Shown here: piece by piece, positions 30,630-44,090 of the stretch
Layout: each line of letters starts with the position of its first letter
Numbering within the stretch: the stretch's first letter is position 1
Source: Lytechinus pictus
Lineage: Eukaryota
DNA: 64,000 nt
Assembly (NCBI RefSeq): GCF_037042905.1
Contig: NC_087249.1
Coordinates: 27,652,001 to 27,716,000, forward strand
Reading direction: 5' to 3'
Position numbers and translations under genes: made by a program
Notes under the pieces: model-generated
The model's input: only the letters and a program-made list of their open reading frames with translations
Databases searched by the model: none
Told to the model about the DNA's origin: nothing

Positions 30630-33600
30630 ATGGAAGGAGCCAGTGGCGAGACAACCTCAGTAACTGACGTGGATGTCGGTGTCAAAAGGACGTACCGTAA
30701 GAAGAGTGAGAGCAGGAAGGTATCAACGCCATCAGAAGGAACAGCAGCTGTGGTAAGATTTTTTTTCATCTAATTTATGAGCTTTGTAGTATAGACGCAT
30801 TCTTTATCTCACATGTGTTTTGTTTCAAGCACCAGTTTACATTCTGAAATTCATGCAAATTCCATTAATTCGAAAATTTACTTAAAACATCCGAAAATCA
30901 TATATGTCGATACACTCTTGGTCGAGTCACGGGAACGTCCCTCCGTCTTCTGAATTACGAAATATAAATGAGTGTATTCTTGCAATTATTAATTTGGCAC
31001 TTTTTTACATCTTCCAAAAAACTTATTCAAATATATTTTGTATTTATAGAAAAGGTTGAATTTCTAGCTTTAAACTAATTTGTCAGACATTTGGGGGTGT
31101 GTGTGTGTACGTGTTTCTGCTATTCAAAACTTTTTAACAATCACACGCTATCTTCTAAATGATAATACTTCATTCGATGGTCTCTCCTCCCTGTATTACC
31201 GGAAGGCATTGCCGCACCCTTCCCATTTGAAATACATCCATCATTGTTAAGCTATTTCAGAATCAATAAACACATACATTTGCATCGACCTGTGGAAAGA
31301 ATAATGAATAGGAGATGCCCTTGACGTTCTTTATTAGTGTCTCTTACTGCTGCGATAGGAAACAAGCATGGCTGCCGTTTCGGTTGAAGTAACAATGTCG
31401 GGGTAATAAAATAATAGAGAGACGTTAGTATGATTTCTCTGTCTTGTTTTGGTGGGTACGCCAAATAGTTATCGGTGGTTTTATGGCGGGGTTTTAAGAA
31501 AAGAAAGGAATAAAAAGCGCAAACAGCTCTGGCTATGTGATTTTCGAATTGGCTGTTGTCTTTGAAAATTCCACCCTCCCCCAACAAGTTATAGAATTTC
31601 TTTAAAAGTCAAGAACTGAAATTTTTATAAAAATAAGAAAGTTATGAAGTTTTTATTATTTCCACAAACATGATAATCATTGGTGATATGAAAATGACGG
31701 AGCAAATAATGTGACAATACCTTATGTGATACAATATCTGTTGCATTATTTATGATACATGAAATATAAATGATTATTTTTTCATATTATGATGGCTGGA
31801 TTCGTCATGGAACGTATCAAGTCATTATTATTCAGTTTACATTGCTATCTATCGCCTAAGCTATAAAAGAAGTAAACTATTCGACAATACAACAGAAATG
31901 GTGATTGTGTGACATACTTGCATACCGCCCATGTCCATATCACTTTTTTGTACATATAAGCCACAAATCACAACTTTTTTTTTCATCCTATTTAGATGAT
32001 TTTTTTTTCAGGTTAAGGTTCTTGTCTGAGTTTTCTCAAGTCATTCAAGTCATTTTTTCAGGGTGGACTTCACCTTAAAAAGGAAGCAAATATTTCGAAG
32101 AGAGAAGCGTGCACGTTTTCTATATACGATCAAGCTACTGTGCATTCCATGGTCTGTGACTTTTACAAGAAATCAATGAAAATGGGCGTAGCTTAAAAGA
32201 CAAATGCAAATATGACCTCAAAACAAACAAAAGAAAGATATTTCTATGATTTGAGATATTAACGTCAACATGACTGTCAAAGTTTGAGAATATGGTATCA
32301 GTCTTCGCTTGAATATTTATTTGTTGCGTAGTTGAAATGTGAAACCAAGACATCAAAGGATATTTAGGATTCGTTAAAATATGAAATTTTTTGCTTTCTT
32401 TTACCGATTTTCAAATCATCTTTCAAAGAAATCTTCTTTCGAAGAGCAGGGCCCCATGCCCTAAAGAAATATAATTAATTATTTAATTCCTTTTGTTTTG
32501 TACATGATTCGTTATTACAGTTAATACTTTTTTTCTTTAGAGCCCCCTTATTTGTCAAGTCGCCTCGTCATTTTGACCATATTTCAAGCAAATCTGTTAT
32601 TAGTGACTGGGAACCCTATATAGTGAACATGTACGCTTGCAATAATATAATGTTCTACAGCTTCATGTAGATTTCTCTATATTTTAAAGTGGATTTATCT
32701 CATAAAACATTGATTCGATAAAATCATTCAACAAAATAAATTGATGTAAACTTCCCCGTGCTCCTCTTAAAAGGATCTCGCTTGGAAGCTCAAATGTTGT
32801 TTCCTTAAACTTCACACGATCTGCGTCCACGTTCTGAACTGAAGTGGCCGTTAATGAACATAAAAAGGGAGGGTATACTTAAGGAGTTTTGTATCAAACA
32901 AAAGAGTGATCCGTTCTATTGAGCTGCGAAAGCCTATCTTTATTCCAAACTGTGTCTGGTTATGTAACACATGGTGTATCACACGGCTAAAGAATAAAGG
33001 ATAGAGGGGTGGGTACACTTGTGATTCTTTTGTCGAAACACGTTTTTTTTTTCAACTGAAGTGTGACACGATGCTGTTTTATTAGATTTTTACATGTAAA
33101 TACAACTCACAACTTCATTTACTGAGAAATGATGGAGCCTATCTAGGCCCACATTCAATTTTCGACTTTAAGAATCTGATATCTTATGAACATTGCAACC
33201 TACAATACGCGGTCAAGAAAATCATCGAATATGCATGCGTGATATTGACTTAAAATGCAACAAGTCATGACGATGTCAAGGCAAGGTATTAATGTTCACA
33301 TCTACAAACAAATTATAAGCCATGATTTAACCTTGGTAGAAACCCCAACACAAGCTGATCAGAAAAGAGTACTAAAAAGTTCCCTTTCATGTCTGTTTAA
33401 ACTGTAAACTAAACCTGTACACTTTCAAACAGAAGTTGCATTCTTGGTGAGCTAAGCAATGTTTGACCAGTTTCTGTTCTGGAGTGCTCTTCGACAAGGA
33501 TTTACATATTATACCACCCCTCCCGCCATTAGTCAACCAACAGTCATTCCGTATACACATTGTACATGACTGTATTTTGAGAAATCCTTCAGTTTAGGTT

Positions 33601-36600
33601 TACACACCCGATTTTACATCAGGTACACAATAAATTGTTGTAATTTGGATACATTGGTGAGAAAGTACATGGACCATTATCATATAGCGACAATATTTCC
33701 ATGATCTTCAAAATGTGAGTTACTACATACGTTATAAGGAATGAAAGCTTCGTACTATCGCTGATTAGTGGATCATATACACGTATATCATTTTGATCGA
33801 AACTTTGATTGAAATTACGCTGTATGGGAGCGATAGTTGATCGATAATTTTGTGATTTTTGCGATTATCTTTATGTTTAAATGTTTATTCACTATTTGTG
33901 TCGGATGATATTGTTTTCATTCACAATCAGTATTAAGTTGGTATTTTGATTGGATTGAATATGACCAGAATTGTAATCCTCTCGATACTACAATGTATCT
34001 TGTGAATATCGGCTATCCTTGCATGTTTCATGGTTTTTAGAGGAAAGCGGTTGGGAATGAATTATGATAATATGGAAAATGAGCACTAGCCTTGCACTCT
34101 ATTCGGTCAATAAAAATAGATCATAGATTTAAAATTGAACGCCCTTTCCTTGAGCAATTCGCAATTTGATCCACTCTCCACCACTACATACACATACAAG
34201 TTGAGCAATACAAATATTCACTCATGCGGCCTTCAAGAGTTTCTTGAATTAAAAGAAATTAAAAAGGATTCTAAGACACAGAATGTGTCATCAATGTTCA
34301 TACCCAATATTATTTTTACTATAGAATTTTTAGCATTACTTCTATTCGTAATATGAAGGCGCTGAATATTGTTTAAAAAAAAAAAAAGAGTTCAAGGTAG
34401 AATAAACACCTTATTGTTGTATCCCTATTTAGGGAGTAGGTCGGAATACCGATCTATTCACGAAAACAAATCTATTTAATAAATTTGAGATACGAAAGTA
34501 TGAATAGAATGCTATGAATTCACATTTGCCCTTGACCTTCGAGGTTAAATTCAAGACCAAAAGTGAAAAATAGATTTGTATGACTATACTGTTATATCTG
34601 CTTTTTTTCCACACAATATACGACTATTAAATTATTGCAAGATGCTTTTTAATATTATTAATTGATTTACAAAATCGACAGGGATTTTGTCATCTGTGTA
34701 CTAAACTATTCATAGTAGTAGTAGTAATAGTAGTATAGTTATAGCANNNNNNNNNNNNNNNNNNNNNNNNNNNNNNNNNNNNNNNNNNNNNNNNNNNNNN
34801 NNNNNNNNNNNNNNNNNNNNNNNNNNNNNNNNNNNNNNNNNNNNNNNNNNNNNNNNNNNNNNNNNNNNNNNNNNNNNNNNNNNNTGGTAGTGGTTTAATA
34901 TTATAGTTGTGATAGAAGTAGTAGTCATGAGTCGCAAAATAGAGGGGCTTGGGGCTTACCCCCCCCCCTTCAGTAACAATCATTAAAAATGATTTAAAAA
35001 CATTGTTTTGCGTCCTCTGGTAGTTATAATTGTTTTGGTAGTATAACGATGGTGGTTGTGGTGGTAGTGGTCATGGTGGTGTAGTAGAAGTGGTGGAAGG
35101 CAGTGGCCTAATTTCCGGTCACTGCATCTACATGTATGATTTGGTCTGATGATCGTGATTTTCAGACCACATTATACGCGGACATCATGAGGAATTTATA
35201 GAGATTAATTTTTCTTTAAATCAACAGCGAGTTCAGCTCAATAAACTAAGCGAGCAAGATGTCGCAGACGCGAAAATGGCTTCAGTCTTCGGCGATACGG
35301 CATCGTCAACGAAGGCGCCAATGAGAGTCAACCCCCTCTACGAGAAGAACGGTACCGTGGAGGTCAAGGCAAGCGAACTAAGAAGAAAACGCTTATCAAG
35401 TGAGTCGAGCTCGACGGCAAACGGGAGTGTGACGAGGATTGGTCCACCGCCCAACGGTTCTGTCAGCACAGTCTCGCAGGTTTGATCTCTTGACTGAATA
35501 TTATTCCCAAACTGTATAACCTAATCTAAATCTTTTTGTAAGCATTTACTTTTGTTATTTTTGTCACATGCTATTGATGCTAAGGTGTGGTTATTGTGCC
35601 GGGGGGAGGGGTGAATGCCCGCTATATTTGTTTTCAAGTAGTGAATAATGTGAAAAAGGAAGAAATTGGCAAAAAAGGGTAGAGGAAATTTCAGAAAGAA
35701 GGAATGAGAAAATATCCAGGCGACACCCTTGTTTCAATATAAAAACGAAGTTGAAAGAACACACATTTTGTTTTATTTTTTTCAAGCCGGTTCTTCAATG
35801 GACGAATTTTTGATCGCATGATTTCAGCGCCAACAAGAAGCCGGGGTTGGTATATATCCATTTGGTATACAAGCAGTTAGTCTTCTTCTCAGACAGTCTA
35901 ATACCACATTTTCTTATTAAAACAGCTTGCTCTACTATCAATTCGGTTGATTTAATGTTCGGTACACTTGGTAAAATACCCAATTACGTTGGTTCAATCG
36001 TCGGTAATCTATTTTCCCCCCTTTTTCAGTTTCCATTCATGGCCAAATAAGTACACTAAAATATATTTCTTGAAATTATATTAGGAAATATTATAATAGG
36101 TAACAAATGAAATTTGCCTATGTATTTTGAAAAGGGAACGAATGTCAAATTCAACTGAAAAGAGACAATGTGCTTGCAATGCTTTATCACTTTGCTGTTG
36201 TTGATATGAATACAATACATGAAATCAATACAATCGATGAATCGAACAAAATGCCTGCATGGACACAATAAATGATTGTTTTACACCAAACCGCTCTTTG
36301 ATGGCGTATAAAAAGAAAACGCAAGGTTAAACAGGAACGTTTTCGATTTCAATGTGTCTACAAAAGTAAAAGTAAGGACCTTCAAACTTCATCTATTCAA
36401 AAGGTATCCAGCTGTGCAGTAGATATAATGAGTTCTTGAAATAGAATCAATGCGATTACAATACTGTGGTGTCATTGTGGGTGATTATATGGGTATTTTC
36501 AGTTCAATAAAATGTAACATCCATCCATGCACACCTTGCTCCAATTTAATTGCACTTGTATATCTAACTGGAAAAGAGTAATCTGTTAACCATTTCAACG

Positions 36601-38792
36601 TTGGGCGCCAACGAGTGATAACTATATACATTGGGAGTATACTTCTTTGGATTTTTTGTGGTAGTCTTCCAAATCACAGAACATAATATTGCAAGTTTGT
36701 TTCTTTCGGCGTCAATAATGACTCTGTTTGCGTATTTGTTTGACTCGAAGAACGTACCGATGGAGGACTCGAGGGGTGCGCAGAGCCCCCCTCCAATCGC
36801 TTACGGGGGTAACTTCCAGTTGAGAGGGGAACGTGATGGGGCCGCACAGACCACACCCAGGAGCAGTGTAGGAGGTCCAGCCGATCAAGTGGTAAGCCAA
36901 GAATTTGGGAAATAATAATTAAAATTTACACTTGGCGTAGATGGATATTTGTAAAACAAAAATAACAATAATAATAATAAATAAATACAAGAATGAAGCT
37001 TGAATTGATAATGGAAGAACTTGCATTTTGCATCAATGAGGCAAGTTGAATATACTCAGAGACGCAGTTGTATCAAAAGTGCATTGAACATGTCGAATAC
37101 TTGAAATATTTTTTTAAGGTTTCTTTCAAAATCGCTGCATTGAAATTTACCTGGATAATATAGGCCTACTCTTTTTTGGCCTCCAATATTGTTGTAATAT
37201 ATGAATGACGACATGCGAATTTCTATACAAACATAAAGACGCTTTTCAATTTAAATATGGTCAGAGCGCTTTCCAATGTGAAATAACAATGGATAAGTTC
37301 TACTCTTCAATTGCTTATAATATATATAGAAAATAATTTGGTTTTATGGAGTTTTTTTTTCATTTATGTGATATAAACATTTAAATGATGTATTAAGCTG
37401 AACCATGATATGATTGTCATTAAAAGAAACAAAGTGTTTTGTAGCAATCAGATTTAGGTTAACTGCAATGTTAATTNNNNNNNNNNNNNNNNNNNNNNNN
37501 NNNNNNNNNNNNNNNNNNNNNNNNNNNNNNNNNNNNNNNNNNNNNNNNNNNNNNNNNNNNNNNNNNNNNNNNNNNNNNNNNNNNNNNNNNNNNNNNNNNN
37601 NNNNNNNNNNNNNNNNNNNNNNNNNNNNNNNNNNNNNNNNNNNNNNNNNNNNNNNNNNNNNNNNNNNNNNNNNNNNNNNNNNNNNNNNNNNNNNNNNNNN
37701 NNNNNNNNNNNNNNNNNNNNNNNNNNNNNNNNNNNNNNNNNNNNNNNNNNNNNNNNNNNNNNNNNNNNNNNNNNNNNNNNNNNNNNNNNNNNNNNNNNNN
37801 NNNNNNNNNNNNNNNNNNNNNNNNNNNNNNNNNNNNNNNNNNNNNNNNNNNNNNNNNNNNNNNNNNNNNNNNNNNNNNNNNNNNNNNNNNNNNNNNNNNN
37901 NNNNNNNNNNNNNNGTAGTTATGCCAGCAAGGGTCCAGAAGGTATGAGAGAATACTATTTCTTGCCACTTTGAAAAATATTATTGTATGCTTGCGAAAAT
38001 TACAGAAAAAACTCCCCTCATATCATATAGTAAAACCAAATTTACAGAAGGGCTTTCCTCAAGTTAACATTGTCAGAATTAAAAGACCTATAGTTAAGAC
38101 CATGAACCATCGTTTCTATATTCTATCATAATAAAGTGAATAAATATACCTGATTGAAATGTAATACAAGTAAGTTGAATAAAAAATATAGTGTATTTTA
38201 AGAGAGTCAGATGTACCGGTTTTCTACATCCTCTTGTTTTACATCGTGGTTTGTACCTACCAACATTATCTTATATAATCTCGAATATAGGCCTATATGC
38301 TTGTAAAATCACTAAATTTTATTTTAAAACATACAGATCAATTTACTTTTTGCGGGGGTGTAATAAATTCAGGTTCTGCACTTTCCTTGTAGTGTTAAGA
38401 ATTGGTGGGAGAAGGATTTGATTTTTTTTGTACTTCTTGTATTTGTTTAAAGAAGAAGACCTCAGTGCAAATTCAAACTTCGGGAATATAAACAACTGTC
38501 TATCCAGAATGCCTACTAATCATGTTGATTTTGTCGACTTTCCCTCCAGAATACCTTACCACGTAGTTACCTACCGCCGACCATTCCCTCAGCCAGCCCG
38601 TTCGTGACACCCCGACAGTCAGTGACAGACATCACACCAGTCGTATCTCAATCAATCGACAAGGCCGAGGTCGAACATCTGATGAGACGGGCTCGAATAC
38701 GACGATGGTGGCGCTGCATTCTTCTCGCAATCCTTACCTTTCTCGTCTTCGCCCTCATCATCATCCTCGTCATCGTCTTCTTAGCCAGATGA
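30630..38792 (+). CDS. Uncharacterised 252-aa tail-anchored membrane protein; exons 30630-30752, 35228-35479, 36751-36891, 38550-38792
   Basis: All four exons are bounded by AG/GT and are phase 0, giving an open frame MEGASGETT...RRARIRRWWRCILLAILTFLVFALIIILVIVFLAR*. Extra exons could be hidden in the two N gaps. Confidence 0.75.
31600..32075. mobile_element. Degenerate Kolobok-type MITE related to family A
   Basis: aaaataagaaagttatga near the left end; gggtggacttcacctt right terminus. Confidence 0.5.
34747..34884. other. Assembly gap (N run)
   Basis: N characters, flanked by (TAG)n/(TGG)n simple repeats. Confidence 1.
37477..37914. other. Assembly gap (N run)
   Basis: N characters. Confidence 1.
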
Positions 38793-39062
38793 TCGATCGA
38801 CCGCAGTGCAAAGTTGCCAAAATTGAAATTGTATACGGAAAAGACAGAGACTGAAAATGGACAGAAATATTTTTCTGTATTAGACATAGGCATTGATATA
38901 GATTTCATTGATGCTAAGCGATGCTGAGTCTATGGCATGCCGGAACCGTCTCCAGTATGACGAGATCCGCCATGTGTGAACTTACGTTAATCGATGACAT
39001 GATCTTATAGAAACCCTCGAAGACATCCCTCACGCCCGGGCTTTCATGCAGATAAAAATTGT

Positions 39063-39363
39063 GAGTTTTCGCATGTAATACAGGGAAACTCTCTACATGG
39101 CATCGATTCCTTTGAAAATGCAATTAAAATCACAATGGAGAGCTGAGAGGCTTTTGTCGAAAGTTGGTTGACTGGGACAGCGAATCGTCCGAAGATTTGC
39201 ACCGGACAAACAATTGCAAATATGTAGTAGTCCTGAGTCAAGAGATTCCGATGTTGTCCCGGTCCACCAACAAAAGCATCTCAGCTCTCCATTGGGATTT
39301 GGCTTGCATTTCAAAGGAATTGTTGCGTTGTAGAGAGTCTCCCCGCAGTAAATGCGAAAAGTC
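39063..39363. repeat. Long imperfect inverted repeat (~120-nt arms) downstream of the tail-anchored gene stop
   Basis: ttttcgcat..actctctaca..attcctttgaaa..caatggagagctgaga..cttttgt pairs with acaaaag..tctcagctctccattg..tttcaaaggaat..tgtagagagt..atgcgaaaa. Confidence 0.85.
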
Positions 39364-41822
39364 CAGAATGTATTTTGTTGAACATCCTTTTTTTAAACCT
39401 ATATCATAACCAAGGCATTTTTTGGTAAAATGTACGTACATGTACTAGAGGCCTATATGCATCGGTAAATATGAGGTAAGATACGTTTGCCCGATCTACC
39501 GACTACTGATTTATACAATTTACATTCAGTATAACTGCAATGTGATTTTTTTTATAAGTGGCTTTTAACATACATCTCAATTTATAATACGTATTATGAT
39601 AAATACTTTCTAAACTTATTGTCGAGTTAACTTCCATGTCTTTTTTTTTAAGAAGAGGTGCGTTTTATAGAAAATATTAATACTGGTAGTCGAAAAAAAA
39701 AAATAATAAGACAGTGGTCATGCCAAAGACTTTGGAGTCAGCTTAACATTTTTACAAAAAAACTCATATATGCCCTAATTTGTATAAATAGAAAGATGGC
39801 AGATAATGTTTTCAATGTAAATTCTCACACACCGTTATTTTAGCAAATGTTTCTTTTTCTAGTACTCTTAAAATGTGGTTGATTTCTTTAAAGAGAAACA
39901 GGAGATATAATTCAATACATTGTTGTTTTTCCCAGTCGATTGTACATCTTATCGCATATGCCTGGACTTCTACAACATTTCCTGGATCAATTCTATGTTT
40001 TGCATATTTCTTATTGATTTATGGCATATCGCGGTGTTGTAAACATGGCAATATTTCAGATGTATAACCCTTTTCATCTTTCAAATTGAAATCATTTATT
40101 TTATCAAAATAATGAGTAAAAGATTATGAAATAGGCCTACAATGATCTTTGGATTTTAAACAAATCCTAACAAAATACCTACGCACGTATAGAAAAAGTA
40201 AGCTATTTATTTTTTGCAAATAAAAAATCATTATTCTCATCGTCCCTCGAATGACTGTATAAATATAGGTCTAGCATGCAATAAGATAAGAGTAAAGATA
40301 TGCATTCTGTTTTTAAAAATATATGTTTTGTTATATATGTAGGAAGTCGATTCAGATATATTCGTGACTTTTCAAAGGTTGCACGAAGTCAAAAAACACT
40401 AGGCTCTGTAAGCTATGGCGATTTTCATTGACCATCCGTACAAGTGATGTCACTGTTATGTATGTGAAGGACAGCTCCTCCAATTGCAACAATTAATTTA
40501 AAAAAAAGATATTTTCATTTTAAAAAAGCTTAGAATTGCTCTTTTCTTTGATAAAGATAAATATTATGTACTTTGATTACCACCATGATCACTAAGGATA
40601 TAACCACAAATTTCCTATAATAAATTATAATTAAACTACATAAAAAATGGAGTTGTCCCTACCATTAATCTTCTTACCGAAGTGTTAATTTAACATTTCA
40701 AAAGTCCGAGAATCCCATACCTGAAACGGCTATAACTTTCTTGTTCCTTGTTCGATTTCTTTTAATATTTTTTACCAAAGTGATAAGTCTTTTCAACTGT
40801 TTGTATTTAGAGGGCGGCAATACTCAATCGGTTTGAGAATATTTATGTAATCCTCGAAACAAGTGATTATTTCTGCCCTCTTAAAATACAAACCATTGAC
40901 ATGACTTTTATCATTTTAATTATCTTACATATTTATAATCATTCTCAAAGAAATGCCGTGAAAGACACTATTGCTGCTTCCTTAACAGTCGAATTATGTC
41001 ATTATTTCATGTGGCAATTCTATTTGAATATCTCAAGAGAATTTTAGTAGTAAGTCGTAAAACGTTGTAGAATGATACTGGAAAAGAAACTTTCAACTTG
41101 GATTTTACTTTGTTATAAATCATTAATTTGCTGGGGGTGATTTTTTATTTTAAAAAATACAACGTGCCATTGTGACTGTGAAAATACTGTTGTCTTTCAC
41201 TTATTTTCAAAGATTTGATAGTGCCTGTTCAAGTTAGTTTATTACCATGTCTTTAATTATCTCTTCTTTCTTCTCTCTCTCCCCCTCTATCCCCCCCCTC
41301 TCTCTCTCTCTCCCTCCCGACACTATCCTTTTAGCTTTTCATTTTTCTGTTTATTTTCTCCAATCCATATCTTATTGTTATGTAATACAAAATCATTTGA
41401 GTAAAGGTCATGTGGTAGATAAAATCATTTAATATTCATATGGAAGCTACTTTGACATTGATGATGATACATTTAGACTGCTGGTTACCATAGAGATGAA
41501 GTTCACCATTTGTCTTTTAATGCACAATTTTTGATACATTCACAGAAAAAATGAATATTTTCAAGTGAATGCAATATCAAAGAAAATATTATACATTGTG
41601 TAAAAAAATAAAACTGTATAGAACTACCATATAAGGAACATGTGTCTAATAGTCATAATTGTCTTTTATCAGTTTCCAAGCTTAATGATTCATCTTCATA
41701 TGCAACTAATACAAATAATACAAAGTTTCATCCATACAGTAGGTAAATTGAATCAGGTAATATCTCACATGAGATAAAGTACAGATAAAAATGGCAACTA
41801 ATTATGGATTCAAAACTAACAA

Positions 41823-42083
41823 AAAACTTTATTTTCAACTAAACACTAAAAAAAAATTGTGAAATTTAATGGAACATAAAGTTTCAACTTAATCACAAGG
41901 GTCAATTGTTGAATGAAAACACAGAAAATATTAAACACAAACTTTTCAACCAAATAAAACTTTATTTTCAACTAAACAGAAAAATAAATTGTGAAATTTA
42001 ATGGGACCATAAAATTTCAACTTGATCACAAGGGTCAATTGTTGAATGAAAACACAGAAAATATGAAACACAAACTTTTCAAA
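41823..42083. repeat. ~130-bp tandem duplication
   Basis: aaactttattttcaactaaaca...caagggtcaattgttgaatgaaaacacagaaaata...aacttttcaa present twice. Confidence 0.85.
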
Positions 42084-44090
42084 AACAGGAATTATTTTAT
42101 AACTCTAGCTTAAATTGATATATGGGCTCTGTAATACAAAATTTGGTTATTGATCACATCACTTATTGAAGTGGTTGATTGCAGAAAAATCAACCCTACA
42201 ATCCAGCACTAATATTTGTGCTACAGGGGTTAACATCAAATCCATGTATTGCTCTTTACACAGGAGACTTCCTCTCAGCTAATTCATACAAGTAAAAAAA
42301 TTCCCAAAGGCTACCAAGTTAATAGCTATGAGGTCATTCGTTTTTATAAACGAAAGCTGACAGCTCATATAATTATCTTGCAGGCCTTGATATGAGCCAG
42401 ATAAAATTATATTAATACAATGAGATACTGGCATTGCATCAAGTACATGACATCACTTTGTTGATAAAGGTGATAATTTGGTTTTAAACGTATGCTTGGT
42501 GAAGTATAATTCTTAGAATTAAATTGAATATGCTTTAATTAAAATACTTACCCAGCAAAGATATATTCTTAATTTTAAAACTCCAGGTATTATTTACTGA
42601 AAATGTACAATAATTGGATGATGTACAGTGACCATGGTTTAATGATATCACATAAGAATAGGCATATGTATATAAAGAGTAATAAAGACAGTTAATTTGT
42701 TATTGTTAATTTTATTAAAAGATTTTTCTTAGATGAAGAAAAAAAACTAAAACAAGAAAACATTTGACTCTGCAGAGATCAAATTTGTCAAAAATATTGT
42801 TGTAAATACTGCACTTTTCCTCCTACTCAGAGTAAACAATTAATGAGAAGGAAAAAGCTAATATTTAAAAATATGAATGAGGAAAGGGGAAAATGTAAAA
42901 ATATATATATATATATATTTCACCCTATAAGTATTATCTCTTTAGTTTGTAAATCGAATCTTGTTTCTACACCAATGTAAGATATATTCTCTTGATACAA
43001 ATCAAATAAGATTATTACAGAAGATCAAAGAAAAACATGATTACAAGTCAAATGTTATCAAAAAAATATTTGTCTTTTTTAATTCATAATGCACATATCT
43101 ATGTATGGCCAGTGATGACTTGTAAGTAAATAATTACTGCTGACTGGTCTTGGTTTTAAAAGCATCCCCAAAAAGGGATTTATGCATATCTTAAAAAACA
43201 ACACCTTTTTTATATGGCATCATCATATTTACTCACACTATATCGCTGTAATAGAATATATCTAATGATGTGACAATACATGCACTTCATTACTTTTCTA
43301 AAAAATTAAACTTCAATAAGAAGCAACAAAACAATTAATGAAATGATTGTGGACATGTTCATATTATTCTTAACTTACCAAAAATAGCAGATGATTTTTA
43401 AACCGATTGTACCATGCGGAATCATTTGAATAATGCTAAGTACTGCATTTTTGTAATTCTCATAGGCTTTGTACATGAACTACCCAGCCCTAACAGGTTA
43501 TCAATTAGAATAAGTTTGACATGATTTCAGCTTCTTATATTCCAAGCAAAGAATAATAAGTCAAATCAAGTAGAAATTACTCCCCTAGTACTGAAATGAT
43601 CTTGATAATAGTAATGATAATCTGCTTGGAGGCAAGAATAGTATTTTTTTTAAATCATGGGTGAGCTTTTAGACATAGTCAATCAAATGTTATCAAAATT
43701 ACAAAATCTGATAAAAATATAACTGCATGGAACCACATTATTCCTTTGATTACCAGTACTGCAATAATTTGGTGCTTATTTGCAGGGAAGTAGTTAAGGG
43801 CGGTACTTTCAAGTCAAGAGGTGGCTGGAGAAAACCACTGTACACACAAGACTTGGGCCAAGGCCAGCAAAATCTGGCCTTGATGCTGCCCTTGACTATA
43901 TCCCTGCTTATTTTGAATCCATGTCAATCATTCAATTTTATCATCCAGCAACATGACAGAAAGAGATGAAAGAAAAAAATTATCATGTTTCTCTTTCTTC
44001 AAATCCTGAGCAACCCCATCGATCTTTCAATTTTCTAATCAAAATACTGTTGAGTTTTAAGAGTATACCTTTGCTTTCTCTAAAGCTTAA

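Noticed and set aside
36780-36805. SPPPIAY in the orphan protein as a PY motif for neighbouring NEDD4
   Set aside because: Does not fit PPxY/LPxY spacing; genomic proximity alone is not evidence in animals.
37414-37968. ORFs spanning N runs (also 34690-34983)
   Set aside because: Artefacts of assembly gaps.
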